Source of the DNA: Cyanobacteria bacterium P01_H01_bin.15
Lineage (GTDB): Bacteria > Cyanobacteriota > Cyanobacteriia > Cyanobacteriales > JAAUTE01
Reading direction: 5' to 3'
DNA: 38,376 nt
NCBI GenBank assembly: GCA_038750375.1
Contig: JBCDHF010000001.1
Span: 1-38,376 of the forward strand
The position numbers and the translations under genes were made by a program. Positions 21,503-30,631 of the stretch are shown here, in pieces. The notes under the pieces were generated by a model that worked only from the letters and a program-made list of their open reading frames with translations, searched no databases and had not been told where the DNA came from. Position 1 is the stretch's first letter; each line of letters begins with the position of its first letter.

Positions 21503-22204
21503 ATGTCCCCAACCTTTCCCACTAACTCGCCGATACAAGCTGTCCAAGCGCCTATGCGCGGAGATGCATACTATCGCACACCTCCCCCTGATCTACCCTC
21601 TCTTCTTCTCAAGGAGCGCATTGTTTACTTGGGACTGCCGTTAGTTTCCCCCGACGAGTATAAAGACCAAATCGGAATTGATGTAACTGAGCTGATCATT
21701 GCCCAGTTATTGTTTCTTCAGTTTGATGATCCCGAAAAACCTATTTACATGTACATCAATTCAACGGGAACTTCATGGTATGGCGGAGATGCGATTGGGT
21801 TCGAAACTGAAGCATTTGCTATTTGCGACACAATCAATTATATCAAGCCGCCAGTGCATACTATTTGCCTGGGTCAAGCCATGGGGACTGCGGCGATGAT
21901 TCTCTCCGCCGGAACTAAAGGCTGCCGAGCCAGCTTACCTAATGCAACTATTGTTCTGCACCAGGCCCGCCAAGGTGCTCGTGGTCAAGCTACCGATATT
22001 CAAATCCGGGCAAAAGAAGTGCTTGACAACAAAAGTATGATTCTCAATATCCTGAACCAGAATACTGGTCAATCCATTGAGAAGCTGGAGAAAGACACGG
22101 ACAGAATGTTGTATATGACTCCATCCCAAGCTCTAGAGTATGGACTCATCGACAAAGTTTTGGACAGTACGAAAGCTTTGCCCACCCCGGTTCCTGCTAT
22201 GTAG
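21503..22204 (+). CDS. clpR: ClpR, non-catalytic ClpP paralogue
   Basis: The ClpR N-terminus YYRTPPPDLPSLLLKERIVYLG is present. Aligned to the adjacent ClpP, the catalytic Ser is replaced (GQAMGTAAMIL versus [11 protein letters not shown]) and the catalytic Asp is lost (DTDRM versus DTDRD). An AGGAG Shine-Dalgarno lies before the ATG. Confidence 0.85.
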   Translation: MSPTFPTNSPIQAVQAPMRGDAYYRTPPPDLPSLLLKERIVYLGLPLVSPDEYKDQIGIDVTELIIAQLLFLQFDDPEKPIYMYINSTGTSWYGGDAIGFETEAFAICDTINYIKPPVHTICLGQAMGTAAMILSAGTKGCRASLPNATIVLHQARQGARGQATDIQIRAKEVLDNKSMILNILNQNTGQSIEKLEKDTDRMLYMTPSQALEYGLIDKVLDSTKALPTPVPAM

Positions 22205-22264
22205 TGGTCTTCACTGCAAAATAATAATCTTTGCTATCAACTCACCTCATTTCTCAAGAAAGCT

Positions 22265-22867
22265 ATGCCTATCGGTGTCCCCAAAGTCCCCTATCGCCTT
22301 CCTGGACAACCCTACTCAGACTGGATTGATATTTATAATCGCCTCTATCGAGAGCGGATAATCTTTTTAGGAAGAGGTGTTAACGATGCCTTAGCCAATC
22401 AAATTATTGCCGTCATGCTTTATTTGGATTCTGAAGATCCCGATAAACCAATTTATCTATATATAAATTCACCAGGTGGCTCTGTAACAGCAGGATTGGC
22501 TATTTATGACACCATGCAGCACATTAAATCAGAGGTTGTCACCATCTGCGTGGGCTTGGCTGCATCCATGGGAGCATTTTTACTGACGGCAGGCACCAAG
22601 GGTAAGCGGCTAGCGCTGCCGCACTCCCGGATCATGATTCACCAGCCTTTAGGCGGTATTCAAGGGCGCCGTCAAGCCACGGATATTGAAATCGAGGCGA
22701 ATGAAATTCTTCGACTCCGTAGTCAACTTAATCAAATGATGTCCGATCACACTGGGCAACCCGTTGAAAAAATTGAGAAAGATACGGATCGAGATAATTT
22801 CATGTCTGCGCAAGAAGCCATGGAATATGGGCTGATTGACAAAGTCATTGAAGAGCGTCCAGCTTAG
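22265..22867 (+). CDS. clpP: ATP-dependent Clp protease proteolytic subunit (ClpP3-type, co-operonic with clpR)
   Basis: The translation contains [35 protein letters not shown] and [11 protein letters not shown] (Ser). IMIHQPLGG (His) and [10 protein letters not shown] (Asp) complete the triad. Confidence 0.92.
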   Translation: MPIGVPKVPYRLPGQPYSDWIDIYNRLYRERIIFLGRGVNDALANQIIAVMLYLDSEDPDKPIYLYINSPGGSVTAGLAIYDTMQHIKSEVVTICVGLAASMGAFLLTAGTKGKRLALPHSRIMIHQPLGGIQGRRQATDIEIEANEILRLRSQLNQMMSDHTGQPVEKIEKDTDRDNFMSAQEAMEYGLIDKVIEERPA

Positions 22868-22951
22868 TTATCTCCCTTATACTCCAGGACATTTCTTTGA
22901 GCTAGGATTGGCGAAAGCTCCAATCTTGATATCTTATCGGGCTCGCTAGCT

Positions 22952-23527
22952 ATGGAACTTTCGGATTGTTACCGCCTCTTCGGACTGACTCAAGAGGCTT
23001 CTTCTGAAGATATCAAGAAGGTCTATCGACAGCTAGTAAGGCGGTATCATCCGGATTTACATCCACAAAATCGGCAAGCCCAAGTTCAATTTTTGCGCAT
23101 AGCAGAAGCCTATAAACATTTGTTGGGAGCAGCGGCAAATGCTTCTTTAGAATCCAAGAGTGTCACTTACCCACAGCAGGCGCAACGCTTTGTAAAGGTA
23201 ACTGACGAACAGTTGTCAGCACACGGCCCTGAAATCAAAGGTGAGCTAGCTCGGCTGAAAGCCCAGATTTATCAACAACTGACAACATTACTTAAAACGG
23301 AACGGTATCCTCGAGCTGTTACTCTTCTGGAAGCACTGCGCCAGAAACTTCCGGATGATCCTGAAATTGGACAATGGTTGGCGATTAGCTATCAGCAATG
23401 GGGTCGTCATTGCCTCGCTCGAGGGCAGAGGGCTAAAGCCCGGTGTTATTGGAGGAAAGCAATTCAATCAGATCCTCACAACCGTTCCCTCTTGCAAGAA
23501 ATTCAGGCAAATTTACAAGTGCTCTAG
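22952..23527 (+). CDS. J-domain protein with C-terminal TPR-like helical region
   Basis: The J domain reads CYRLFGL..EASSEDIKKVYRQLVRRYHPDLHP. The HPD tripeptide is present. Confidence 0.75.
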   Translation: MELSDCYRLFGLTQEASSEDIKKVYRQLVRRYHPDLHPQNRQAQVQFLRIAEAYKHLLGAAANASLESKSVTYPQQAQRFVKVTDEQLSAHGPEIKGELARLKAQIYQQLTTLLKTERYPRAVTLLEALRQKLPDDPEIGQWLAISYQQWGRHCLARGQRAKARCYWRKAIQSDPHNRSLLQEIQANLQVL

Positions 23528-23806
23528 ATTGAAAATTTTCTCTCCCAAAAGCCTTGTTCCATGAATTACGAGGTGACCGGCGAAGTTGGGTCAAAGCCAA
23601 TAGACAGTCAATATATTTTCAGCGAGCTTTGTCGCACCCCAAAGGCAGTTAATTAAAGTCTATTCTTGACTAATATGGACGGATAGAACTTTTCAATCTC
23701 AGTGACAGGGCCAATCTGGGCATTTGCAACATTGATTGTTCAACTTCTACTGTACGTAGGGAATACTAAAAACGCCTATTTGCTTGCCGTGTGCGCACTG
23801 TAATTT

Positions 23807-26266
23807 ATGTCAGGGTCGGCTAAAGATTTGCAGCAAGTCTTTCACGTGCTGGTTATTGAAGACCGTAAAGCGAAGCGGATTGTGACGCTTGAAGCTGAAT
23901 CCTACAACATTGGGCGAGATTCTCAGAATGCAATTGTGATTTATGATCCGCAAGTTTCTCGTCACCACGCCACAATTTTTCACACGAATAATTCACAGGC
24001 AGACGACATTTCATTCACGATTGTAGACGGCGACCGCCAAGGGAAAAAAAGTACTAATGGGATCACAGTTAATGGACATCCCGTAACAAGGGCGACGTTG
24101 CAACAGGGGGACCTAATTCGTTTTGGGAGTATGGCTAAAGCTCGGTATCATGCCCTGTCTGATCTGTCAGAAGTTGATTTATTAAAAGCAGAAGATTTAG
24201 AAGACGATAGTACACGCTTTGATTTAGGGGTAAACAGTAACAGCGTCCTTAAAACGACGACAGCCCATCACAGTGGAACCTATAGTCATCCCGATCTCGG
24301 ACACCTCGCTTCATTTCCCGAACTCAGTCCCCACCCCATTGTAGAAGTCAGTTGGCAAGGCGAAGTCACTTACCAAAATCCAGCCGCCCAGACAAAATTC
24401 CGTAATCTAGCTCGAGAGAAGTCAAGGCATCCACTTTTGGCGGGTTTACTCAAACACCCCCAAAGCAAGCAGAATACCTTATTTGTTCGAGAAATTCCGA
24501 TTGGGCAAGAAACGTTTGAACAATATGTTCATTATTTGCCAGATAAACAGTTAGTCCGGAGCTACATTTTTGACTTTACAAAACGGAAACAGGCTGAAGC
24601 TTTTTATCGCAGCGTTGTTGAACAAATACCACAAGGTTTTTTATTAGCAAGTACAGAAACCAAGCGGGTCATCGAGGCCAATAAAACTTTCGGAGAACTT
24701 TTGGGCTATACCAACGCTGAACTGCTCGAATTGTCACTATTTGATGTTTTAGCGTTGGTTCCAGATCAGCTAGAACAACAGTTGGCCCCCTTGTTATCTT
24801 CGGAGCACGATTTTTCAGGAGAACTGATTCATCGCAGCAAAAATGGTTCTTTCATAAATTTGCCGGTTGCCGTTAGTCGGATTGTCCATGGAGAGCAGAC
24901 ATTTTTCTGTTTTATTGTATGTCCTCCACAGCCAGCCTCAGACGATATTTTAGTCCAAGATGCCAAAACAGCAGAAATTGCCCCTATTGATTTCCTGGAT
25001 GAAGAGCGCTGTTTTGAGCGATTGGAGATTTCGATCGCAGATGCCAAGGAGAACAACTATTTAGTCGCGCTATTGTTGATTGACTTAGAGCGTTTCCAAG
25101 CCATTAAAGACACTTTTGGGGAGCAAATTAGCGAACGGCTTTTCCGACAGTTAGCTTACCGCTTACAGTTATGTATTCGCCAAGATGACTGTTTGGCGAG
25201 GTTTTCTGGGGCTCGCTTAGGCATCTTGTTACCGAGTCTGACTAGCGTCAATGATATTGCCGCAGTTTGCCAACGAATTGTCAGTACGCTTAAACAACCG
25301 TTTGACGTTGAAGATGGTCAACTCGAGCTGAAAAATCATATTGGTGTCGCGGTTTTTCCCCAAGATGGAGATAGACCCCAAGTCTTGCTGCAAAAAGCAG
25401 AAATGGTGATTTTAGAGCAGTCTCAAACGCAGGAGGAAGGAAATAGTCTCGACAGCAATACGCCAGGGATTTCGGCTTCGTCACTTCAGCTCAAGCGAGC
25501 AGCTGCGTTACAACAAGCACTCGATGAAGAGCAACTAGAATTACTCTTTCAACCTCAAATAAAAGCCAGCAATGGTCAAATCATCGGCTTTCAGACCCAT
25601 ATTCGAGCCCATCATCCCGAGTTAGAAAATCTGTCCGTTTCACAGCTGGTAAGCGCTGCAGCAGAAATCAATTTGATTTATCGGTTTAACCGCTGGTTAG
25701 TTTATTCGGCTTGTCAACAAGGCAAACGTTGGCAAGACCAAGCCTTACCCCCCATCCGGGTCATTATTCGCTTGACGGCGGAACAATTCCAGCAACCAAC
25801 ATTAGTGGCGATGGTCTCTCAGGTTTTGGCACAGACCAGTCTTGACCCACAGTGGTTAGAGATCGAGCTGTCTGAAACAGCCGCTATGCAGGATGTGAAC
25901 TTATCTCGTCAAATCCTCTGGCAATTACGGGAGAAGGGAGTGTTTTTAGGCATTGCTAATTTCGGTTCTGGACATTCTTCCTATGCACAGTTAAAGCGGT
26001 TGCCTTTTGACACGCTAAAGATTGATCCTTCGTTTGTGCAAGATATTGGCAATTCAACTCAGGATATGGCGATCGTTACAGCGATTGTGGCGCTTAGCCG
26101 AGGCTTTAATCTACGAGTCGTCGGCGAAGGCATCACCGAATCTCGCCAAGTCGAATTGTTACGACGCCTGCAATGTGAACATATGCAAGGCGAACTGATT
26201 AGTGCACCGCTCACAATTTCGACGGCAACTGAATACCTGACAACGCGGAAAGTGATCCACATTTAA
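23807..26266 (+). CDS. FHA / PAS / degenerate GGDEF / degenerate EAL signalling protein (819 aa)
   Basis: FHA signatures are NIGRD, SRHHATI and STNGITVNG. PAS-like segments span roughly residues 170-370. The GGDEF-fold region has SGARL in place of GGDEF and RQDD five residues upstream. The EAL-fold region has QTHIR in place of EALxR and ANFGSG in place of DDFGTG, while ELSE, KID, EGITE and QGE are retained. Confidence 0.85.
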   Translation: MSGSAKDLQQVFHVLVIEDRKAKRIVTLEAESYNIGRDSQNAIVIYDPQVSRHHATIFHTNNSQADDISFTIVDGDRQGKKSTNGITVNGHPVTRATLQQGDLIRFGSMAKARYHALSDLSEVDLLKAEDLEDDSTRFDLGVNSNSVLKTTTAHHSGTYSHPDLGHLASFPELSPHPIVEVSWQGEVTYQNPAAQTKFRNLAREKSRHPLLAGLLKHPQSKQNTLFVREIPIGQETFEQYVHYLPDKQLVRSYIFDFTKRKQAEAFYRSVVEQIPQGFLLASTETKRVIEANKTFGELLGYTNAELLELSLFDVLALVPDQLEQQLAPLLSSEHDFSGELIHRSKNGSFINLPVAVSRIVHGEQTFFCFIVCPPQPASDDILVQDAKTAEIAPIDFLDEERCFERLEISIADAKENNYLVALLLIDLERFQAIKDTFGEQISERLFRQLAYRLQLCIRQDDCLARFSGARLGILLPSLTSVNDIAAVCQRIVSTLKQPFDVEDGQLELKNHIGVAVFPQDGDRPQVLLQKAEMVILEQSQTQEEGNSLDSNTPGISASSLQLKRAAALQQALDEEQLELLFQPQIKASNGQIIGFQTHIRAHHPELENLSVSQLVSAAAEINLIYRFNRWLVYSACQQGKRWQDQALPPIRVIIRLTAEQFQQPTLVAMVSQVLAQTSLDPQWLEIELSETAAMQDVNLSRQILWQLREKGVFLGIANFGSGHSSYAQLKRLPFDTLKIDPSFVQDIGNSTQDMAIVTAIVALSRGFNLRVVGEGITESRQVELLRRLQCEHMQGELISAPLTISTATEYLTTRKVIHI

Positions 26267-26389
26267 CACGAGTTCATCGCCCTTGACAGTTCTTATTCCC
26301 TAGCGATCCGGTAGGTTGCTTTCGCGGTATTGGTGTCCTTCAAGATAAGCTTTAACCTGAGTTCAGGAGTCTTTGTTTGGGCCAAGCTG

Positions 26390-28276
26390 TTAGGAGCCGT
26401 CAGTGTTCACCTTGTCTAGGGTAAGTTCTAGGCGAAACGTGGCAGGTTTAGGTCCAATCGCAACGACAGTAATTTCGTAATAACCCTTCTCAGGCAAGGT
26501 CCCCGTCCATTGGCTCACTTCAACATCTTCGAGCAATTTAATACTTCCCGTCGGTGAATAAAGAGAGATTTGAACTGCGGTGTCTGTTTCTAGGGTGAGG
26601 GTCAGAACGGCAGCTTGGTCTAAGTTAAAGACATAGGCTCGTCCCCCACCAGGCGCTAATTCTTCTGTAATGGGGGCGTTGAAAGAGGAGCGTTGTGGCT
26701 CAAGAACTTGGTAGGTCTCTCCCCTTTGTAAGGCTCCTAGCTCATCCGAGACGATGGCTGACCAAATTTGACCATTCGGGGTGGACAAAAAGTCTTGCTC
26801 TTTTTGCTCTGGAAATTGATAAAAGAATTTGCTGTCAGCTAAGTCGTAAAGAGCACGGCTACTAAGGTGAAGCTGGTTAGCAACTTGTTTGGCTCGATCC
26901 CGTTCTCTGGGACCAAACTCACCCAGTTTCTGGCGAGCAGAAACACTCAGTCCCCTCAAAGATTCAAGATAACGTTCAACTTGCTGCTGAAACGCATCTT
27001 CGTCATCTATTAAAGTTCCTGGGCCCAGCAACTGCCAAAACCAATTTTCATCAATGCCTAAATCCAGTAATTGACGGCTGAGTAATCGGCGGCGTTGAGC
27101 ATCGGTTTCAGAAAAAACGCTGGCAGAGGGTGAGGACTCCGGATTAAATGAAGACTCCGATTCGGGCGTCAAAGGGGGAAAATCGGCGGGTAAAGGCTCT
27201 GTCAAATTTTGCTGACGTTGATAGGTGACATACATTTGAGCACCGACAAAACCAAGAATCCCAAAGCCGAGAATTAAGGCCGCACCGACTAAACCATTAC
27301 CCCAACAGCCCCAGACGTTTGCCGAGCTAGGAGCCGCTATGGGCGACGAGGAGGATTTTTCTCCAGACAAGATAGCAGAGTTACTCGCTGAAGTTGCGGA
27401 ACTGGGCCGTGGGGTCGCATGGATGTTGCTCGAACCAGATGGCGCCATTGTAGGGAGGGTCAACAGTGCGGTAATTGCTGAGGCAGCAGATGAAAAGCCT
27501 TCCGGCTTTTTCGCAGATAGTAATTTTTGCAGAATGGTTTGGAACTGGAGACTTAAATGATTGGTTGCGGGGGAAGATTGCGACAGTTCGATTAGTTCAG
27601 GCGAGAGCTGTGATTGACCCAGCAATAACGCCAAGGCCATTTTGGCGATCGCAATAAAATCATCTTGAGGGGTTAAATCGCCAGGCAACACTCGAGCGGT
27701 TTCACCATAGGGAATCGCTTGTACGGTAGTTGGGAAATTAAGTTCTTTTTGTACCGCCTCGGACCAAACTGACACACAACCCAAAGAGACCAACGTGGGC
27801 AACCCATCGTCGTGACGCAGAATAATGGTGTCGAGGGATAACGAACCATGAACGAGCTGACGCTCATGGAGATACTGTAAACCCTGCAGCAGGCATAATA
27901 GCCACCAACGGATTTCCCATTCCGTAAATGGTTGCTGACGACGGGAACGAACCGCCAACAAATGTCGATAGTTGGTCCCAATGACATAGTTTCGGACTAA
28001 GAGGAGGCGAGCGCCGCGAGGATCTGCGCAGGTCAATAAATCTCGATATGCCGGAATCAAAGCATGATTCAGTAGAAATAAACCTTTAGCTCTCTGCTCA
28101 AAACGTTCAAAGGCTTCGCCCGGATTACTCAACGTGCGCGGAAATAACTCTTGTAACCAACAGCGCTCCCCTTGATCCGTTTCTCCGATGTAGGTATAGC
28201 CATGACGACCATAGCCAGTAGTTTCTAAGAGGCGGTATTGACCGACTAAAGTGCCTAGCGGCAGCGAATCATACAT
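26390..28276 (-). CDS. membrane-spanning Hanks-type pseudokinase with C-terminal extracytoplasmic domain (628 aa)
   Basis: The kinase-like fold shows YRLLETTGYGRHGYTY, ..YLHERQLVHGSLSLDTIIL.. and ..LVSLGC. It lacks the beta3 Lys (CWLQE), the HRD Asp, the catalytic-loop Asn and the DFG Asp. An S/P/A-rich linker leads to a TM segment (about residues 323-350). The ~270-aa C-terminal region ends in a beta-rich module (YVFNLDQAAVLTLTLE...WTGTLPEKGYYEITV). Confidence 0.8.
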   Translation of the reverse strand: MYDSLPLGTLVGQYRLLETTGYGRHGYTYIGETDQGERCWLQELFPRTLSNPGEAFERFEQRAKGLFLLNHALIPAYRDLLTCADPRGARLLLVRNYVIGTNYRHLLAVRSRRQQPFTEWEIRWWLLCLLQGLQYLHERQLVHGSLSLDTIILRHDDGLPTLVSLGCVSVWSEAVQKELNFPTTVQAIPYGETARVLPGDLTPQDDFIAIAKMALALLLGQSQLSPELIELSQSSPATNHLSLQFQTILQKLLSAKKPEGFSSAASAITALLTLPTMAPSGSSNIHATPRPSSATSASNSAILSGEKSSSSPIAAPSSANVWGCWGNGLVGAALILGFGILGFVGAQMYVTYQRQQNLTEPLPADFPPLTPESESSFNPESSPSASVFSETDAQRRRLLSRQLLDLGIDENWFWQLLGPGTLIDDEDAFQQQVERYLESLRGLSVSARQKLGEFGPRERDRAKQVANQLHLSSRALYDLADSKFFYQFPEQKEQDFLSTPNGQIWSAIVSDELGALQRGETYQVLEPQRSSFNAPITEELAPGGGRAYVFNLDQAAVLTLTLETDTAVQISLYSPTGSIKLLEDVEVSQWTGTLPEKGYYEITVVAIGPKPATFRLELTLDKVNTDGS

Positions 28277-28477
28277 ATAACAGATTTTTGATATGAGGAC
28301 TGGCGTCCACGGGGAAAAATCTACCGCTGAAATGAATCACAAGCAGTCAACCCCTCGATAATAGTCAGACTGACGATGCGCTTGAGGCATTGTTACGGAT
28401 TTTTTGGCAAATTTACCAACTCCCTGATCGGAGAGCGCCTCGCTATCCTAGAGAGAAATTGGCGCGCAAAGACAACC

Positions 28478-28687
28478 ATGACTATTTGGGTAAATGAACA
28501 AATTGACCCGTCCGGAATTATATATGCCTGCATTGCCTGTCAGAATCGAGTAACCGCTGAGGACTGTTATCAAACTTGGCAAAAAAATCTGACACCGGAA
28601 CAGCGCCAAGCAGGCTGGGTAGCTCGTTTACGGACAGTATCCTCATGGGATGAAGTGCCGGTCAATGCGCTGAAGCTCAGCCACTAA
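28478..28687 (+). CDS. small hypothetical protein (69 aa)
   Basis: The ATG at 28478 gives MTIWVNEQIDPSGIIYACIACQNRV..., which contains one CxxC pair. The ORF track extends to 28376. No family is recognised. Confidence 0.4.
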   Translation: MTIWVNEQIDPSGIIYACIACQNRVTAEDCYQTWQKNLTPEQRQAGWVARLRTVSSWDEVPVNALKLSH

Positions 28688-28703
28688 GGTCACAAATTAA
28701 GAC

Positions 28704-29489
28704 TTATAGCCAGCCTCGCAACTGATAAACCCACAATCCTAAGTATTCTTTTAAGGCACTGGTTGTTTGATCTAGACGATCGCTTCGAGGAAGTAAATTC
28801 AGGATTGAGCTAAGAGAATCATGTGTTGGATTAGCATCAATCGCCAGATAGTCCGTGGCTGCTGGCTCCACCACAAATCCTTGTTTTTCAAAGAGTCTGA
28901 CAGAACGGGGCATATGTCGAGCTGACGTCACTAGTAGTATATGGTTCCAACCATGAGGGGCTAGTAACGCGCGAACGTTGGTCGCGTTTTGATAAGTATT
29001 TAGAGAATCAGGTTCTCGCAAAATCGCCTCCCCCGGCACCCCAAACAACTGAAGTAGCTCAGCCATATCTTCGGCTTCCGGTTTATTTTGTCCTTCCCAA
29101 GTAATACGACCTCCTGCCACAACAATTCGGGGAGCTTTACCAAGCTGATAGAGTCTGGCGCCAAAAACTACCCGGTCTCCCGCTTCAGTTAAATCGGGTA
29201 ACAGTCGAGGATATCGACCGGGGCGAGTCCCCCCGCCGAGAACGACAATCGCGTCGGCAGGAGCAAAGACAGAAGGAGATAAGTGCTGTTGTTCTAGAGA
29301 GCGGAGTAGCAATTTACTTGTCGGCGACATACTGCTAACCCAGAGCAGTCCTAGGGCGATCGCAACAGGTAATGCGGCATAGCGGGAACGCTGCCAGCTT
29401 AAAACGAGGCTTAGAATCAAGCAGCAACACGAGAGCCCTAAAGGATAGGCAAATAGCGGGAGTAACTTAGAAAAAAATAAAAAGCTCAT
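28704..29489 (-). CDS. YdcF/ElyC-like DUF218 family envelope protein
   Basis: Two N-terminal TM segments are followed by the DUF218 pattern DAIVVLGGG, IVVAGG and LLVTSARHMPRS. Confidence 0.75.
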   Translation of the reverse strand: MSFLFFSKLLPLFAYPLGLSCCCLILSLVLSWQRSRYAALPVAIALGLLWVSSMSPTSKLLLRSLEQQHLSPSVFAPADAIVVLGGGTRPGRYPRLLPDLTEAGDRVVFGARLYQLGKAPRIVVAGGRITWEGQNKPEAEDMAELLQLFGVPGEAILREPDSLNTYQNATNVRALLAPHGWNHILLVTSARHMPRSVRLFEKQGFVVEPAATDYLAIDANPTHDSLSSILNLLPRSDRLDQTTSALKEYLGLWVYQLRGWL

Positions 29490-29569
29490 CGCGCATTATT
29501 TATCCTTGGGGCAAAATTGAGGCTACTTTTACAGAACTAATTTATCGGTTGACGCTCAGTGGGGCTGGC

Positions 29570-30502
29570 TTATTTTTGCCACTGAGCTTGCCCAATCCGC
29601 GATCGCAATACGGCATTGAGATAGCCCAACTGACCGTAAGCGTAGGTCAAATTGCCAAAGCGTTCCGCTGGATCTCGATAAAATTTGAGTGCTTTGTACA
29701 AACCTCGTAGCAAGCGTTCCCCCCCTCGCTGAAATTGCCCGGGTCCCGTTCGATTAGCGCTCGCTTCTCGATAACATTCGCTCACTCCTTGCCACCAACT
29801 ACGACGCATAAACCAATCCTGTTTAGTCCGTTCCAGAGAAACATTATGAGCCGCTAGTGCTGTGGGTAAATATTGAACCTGCCAACCCTGCTTCAGGGCT
29901 AACTCGGTCATATAAAGTTCTTCATTGGAGAGCAAGTTTTTGCCCACTCGACCCAAATTGACATCAAATCCCCCAATCTCAGAGAGGAATTGACGGCGAA
30001 TTGCGTAGTTCAACCCTCGCGGCGTTAACTGAGGATCGGTAATCTGCAATGGCTCTGACCCTAAATCATAAGCTCCCAAACCCGCAGCAAGTCCGTCTGT
30101 CAGCCAGAGCGGTGCCGACAACCCAGCTGGCCAAATGAGAGTCACTTTGCCTCCAGCCACACCGAGCTTAGGTTGCATTTCAAATGCCTCGGCCAAAACA
30201 TTAAGCCATTGGGGGCTGGCTTCTGCATCATCATCCAAATAGGCGAGGATTGGCGCGGATGTTTCTACTGCTCCGCGATTACGAGCCGAAGATAATCCTA
30301 GAGTAGATTCATAGACATAGCGCAATCGAGGATGCTCTAAACGGACATCGACTACCTGTTTAGTATTATCAGTTGAAGCGTTATCAACCACGAGAACTTC
30401 ATAGTGATCGCAAGTTTGATCTAGCAGGGTATCAATGGCGGCACCTAAATATTGTTCCCGATTATGAGTACAAATAATGGCGGCAATGCGAGGAGTTCCC
30501 AT
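29570..30502 (-). CDS. family 2 glycosyltransferase
   Basis: The GT2 N-terminal pattern is IAAIICTHNREQYLGAAIDTLLDQT..YEVLVVDNASTDNT, and a DDD motif (AYLDDDA) is present. The ORF track opens at a GTG at 30547. The ATG at 30502 (MGTPRIAAI) gives a typical GT2 N-terminus. Confidence 0.85.
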   Translation of the reverse strand: MGTPRIAAIICTHNREQYLGAAIDTLLDQTCDHYEVLVVDNASTDNTKQVVDVRLEHPRLRYVYESTLGLSSARNRGAVETSAPILAYLDDDAEASPQWLNVLAEAFEMQPKLGVAGGKVTLIWPAGLSAPLWLTDGLAAGLGAYDLGSEPLQITDPQLTPRGLNYAIRRQFLSEIGGFDVNLGRVGKNLLSNEELYMTELALKQGWQVQYLPTALAAHNVSLERTKQDWFMRRSWWQGVSECYREASANRTGPGQFQRGGERLLRGLYKALKFYRDPAERFGNLTYAYGQLGYLNAVLRSRIGQAQWQK

Positions 30503-30570
30503 GAGTTGATCAGTCAAGTTGATTTGCTGGCCTCCTAAATTTAGCACTGGACTGAAATGAGATTTCGGCT

Positions 30571-30599
30571 AAAAAAAACAGCTCACACTCGGTGAACTG
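30571..30599 (-). terminator. intrinsic terminator of the ATP synthase operon
   Basis: The minus strand reads CAGTTCAC-CGAGT-GTGAGCTG-TTTTTTTT. This is an 8-bp stem (one G-U pair), a 5-nt loop and a U8 tract, 33 nt after the gamma-subunit stop codon. Confidence 0.8.
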
Positions 30600-30631
30600 C
30601 TCGGTAACTGTTGAAAGAAAATCAGGAAAGC

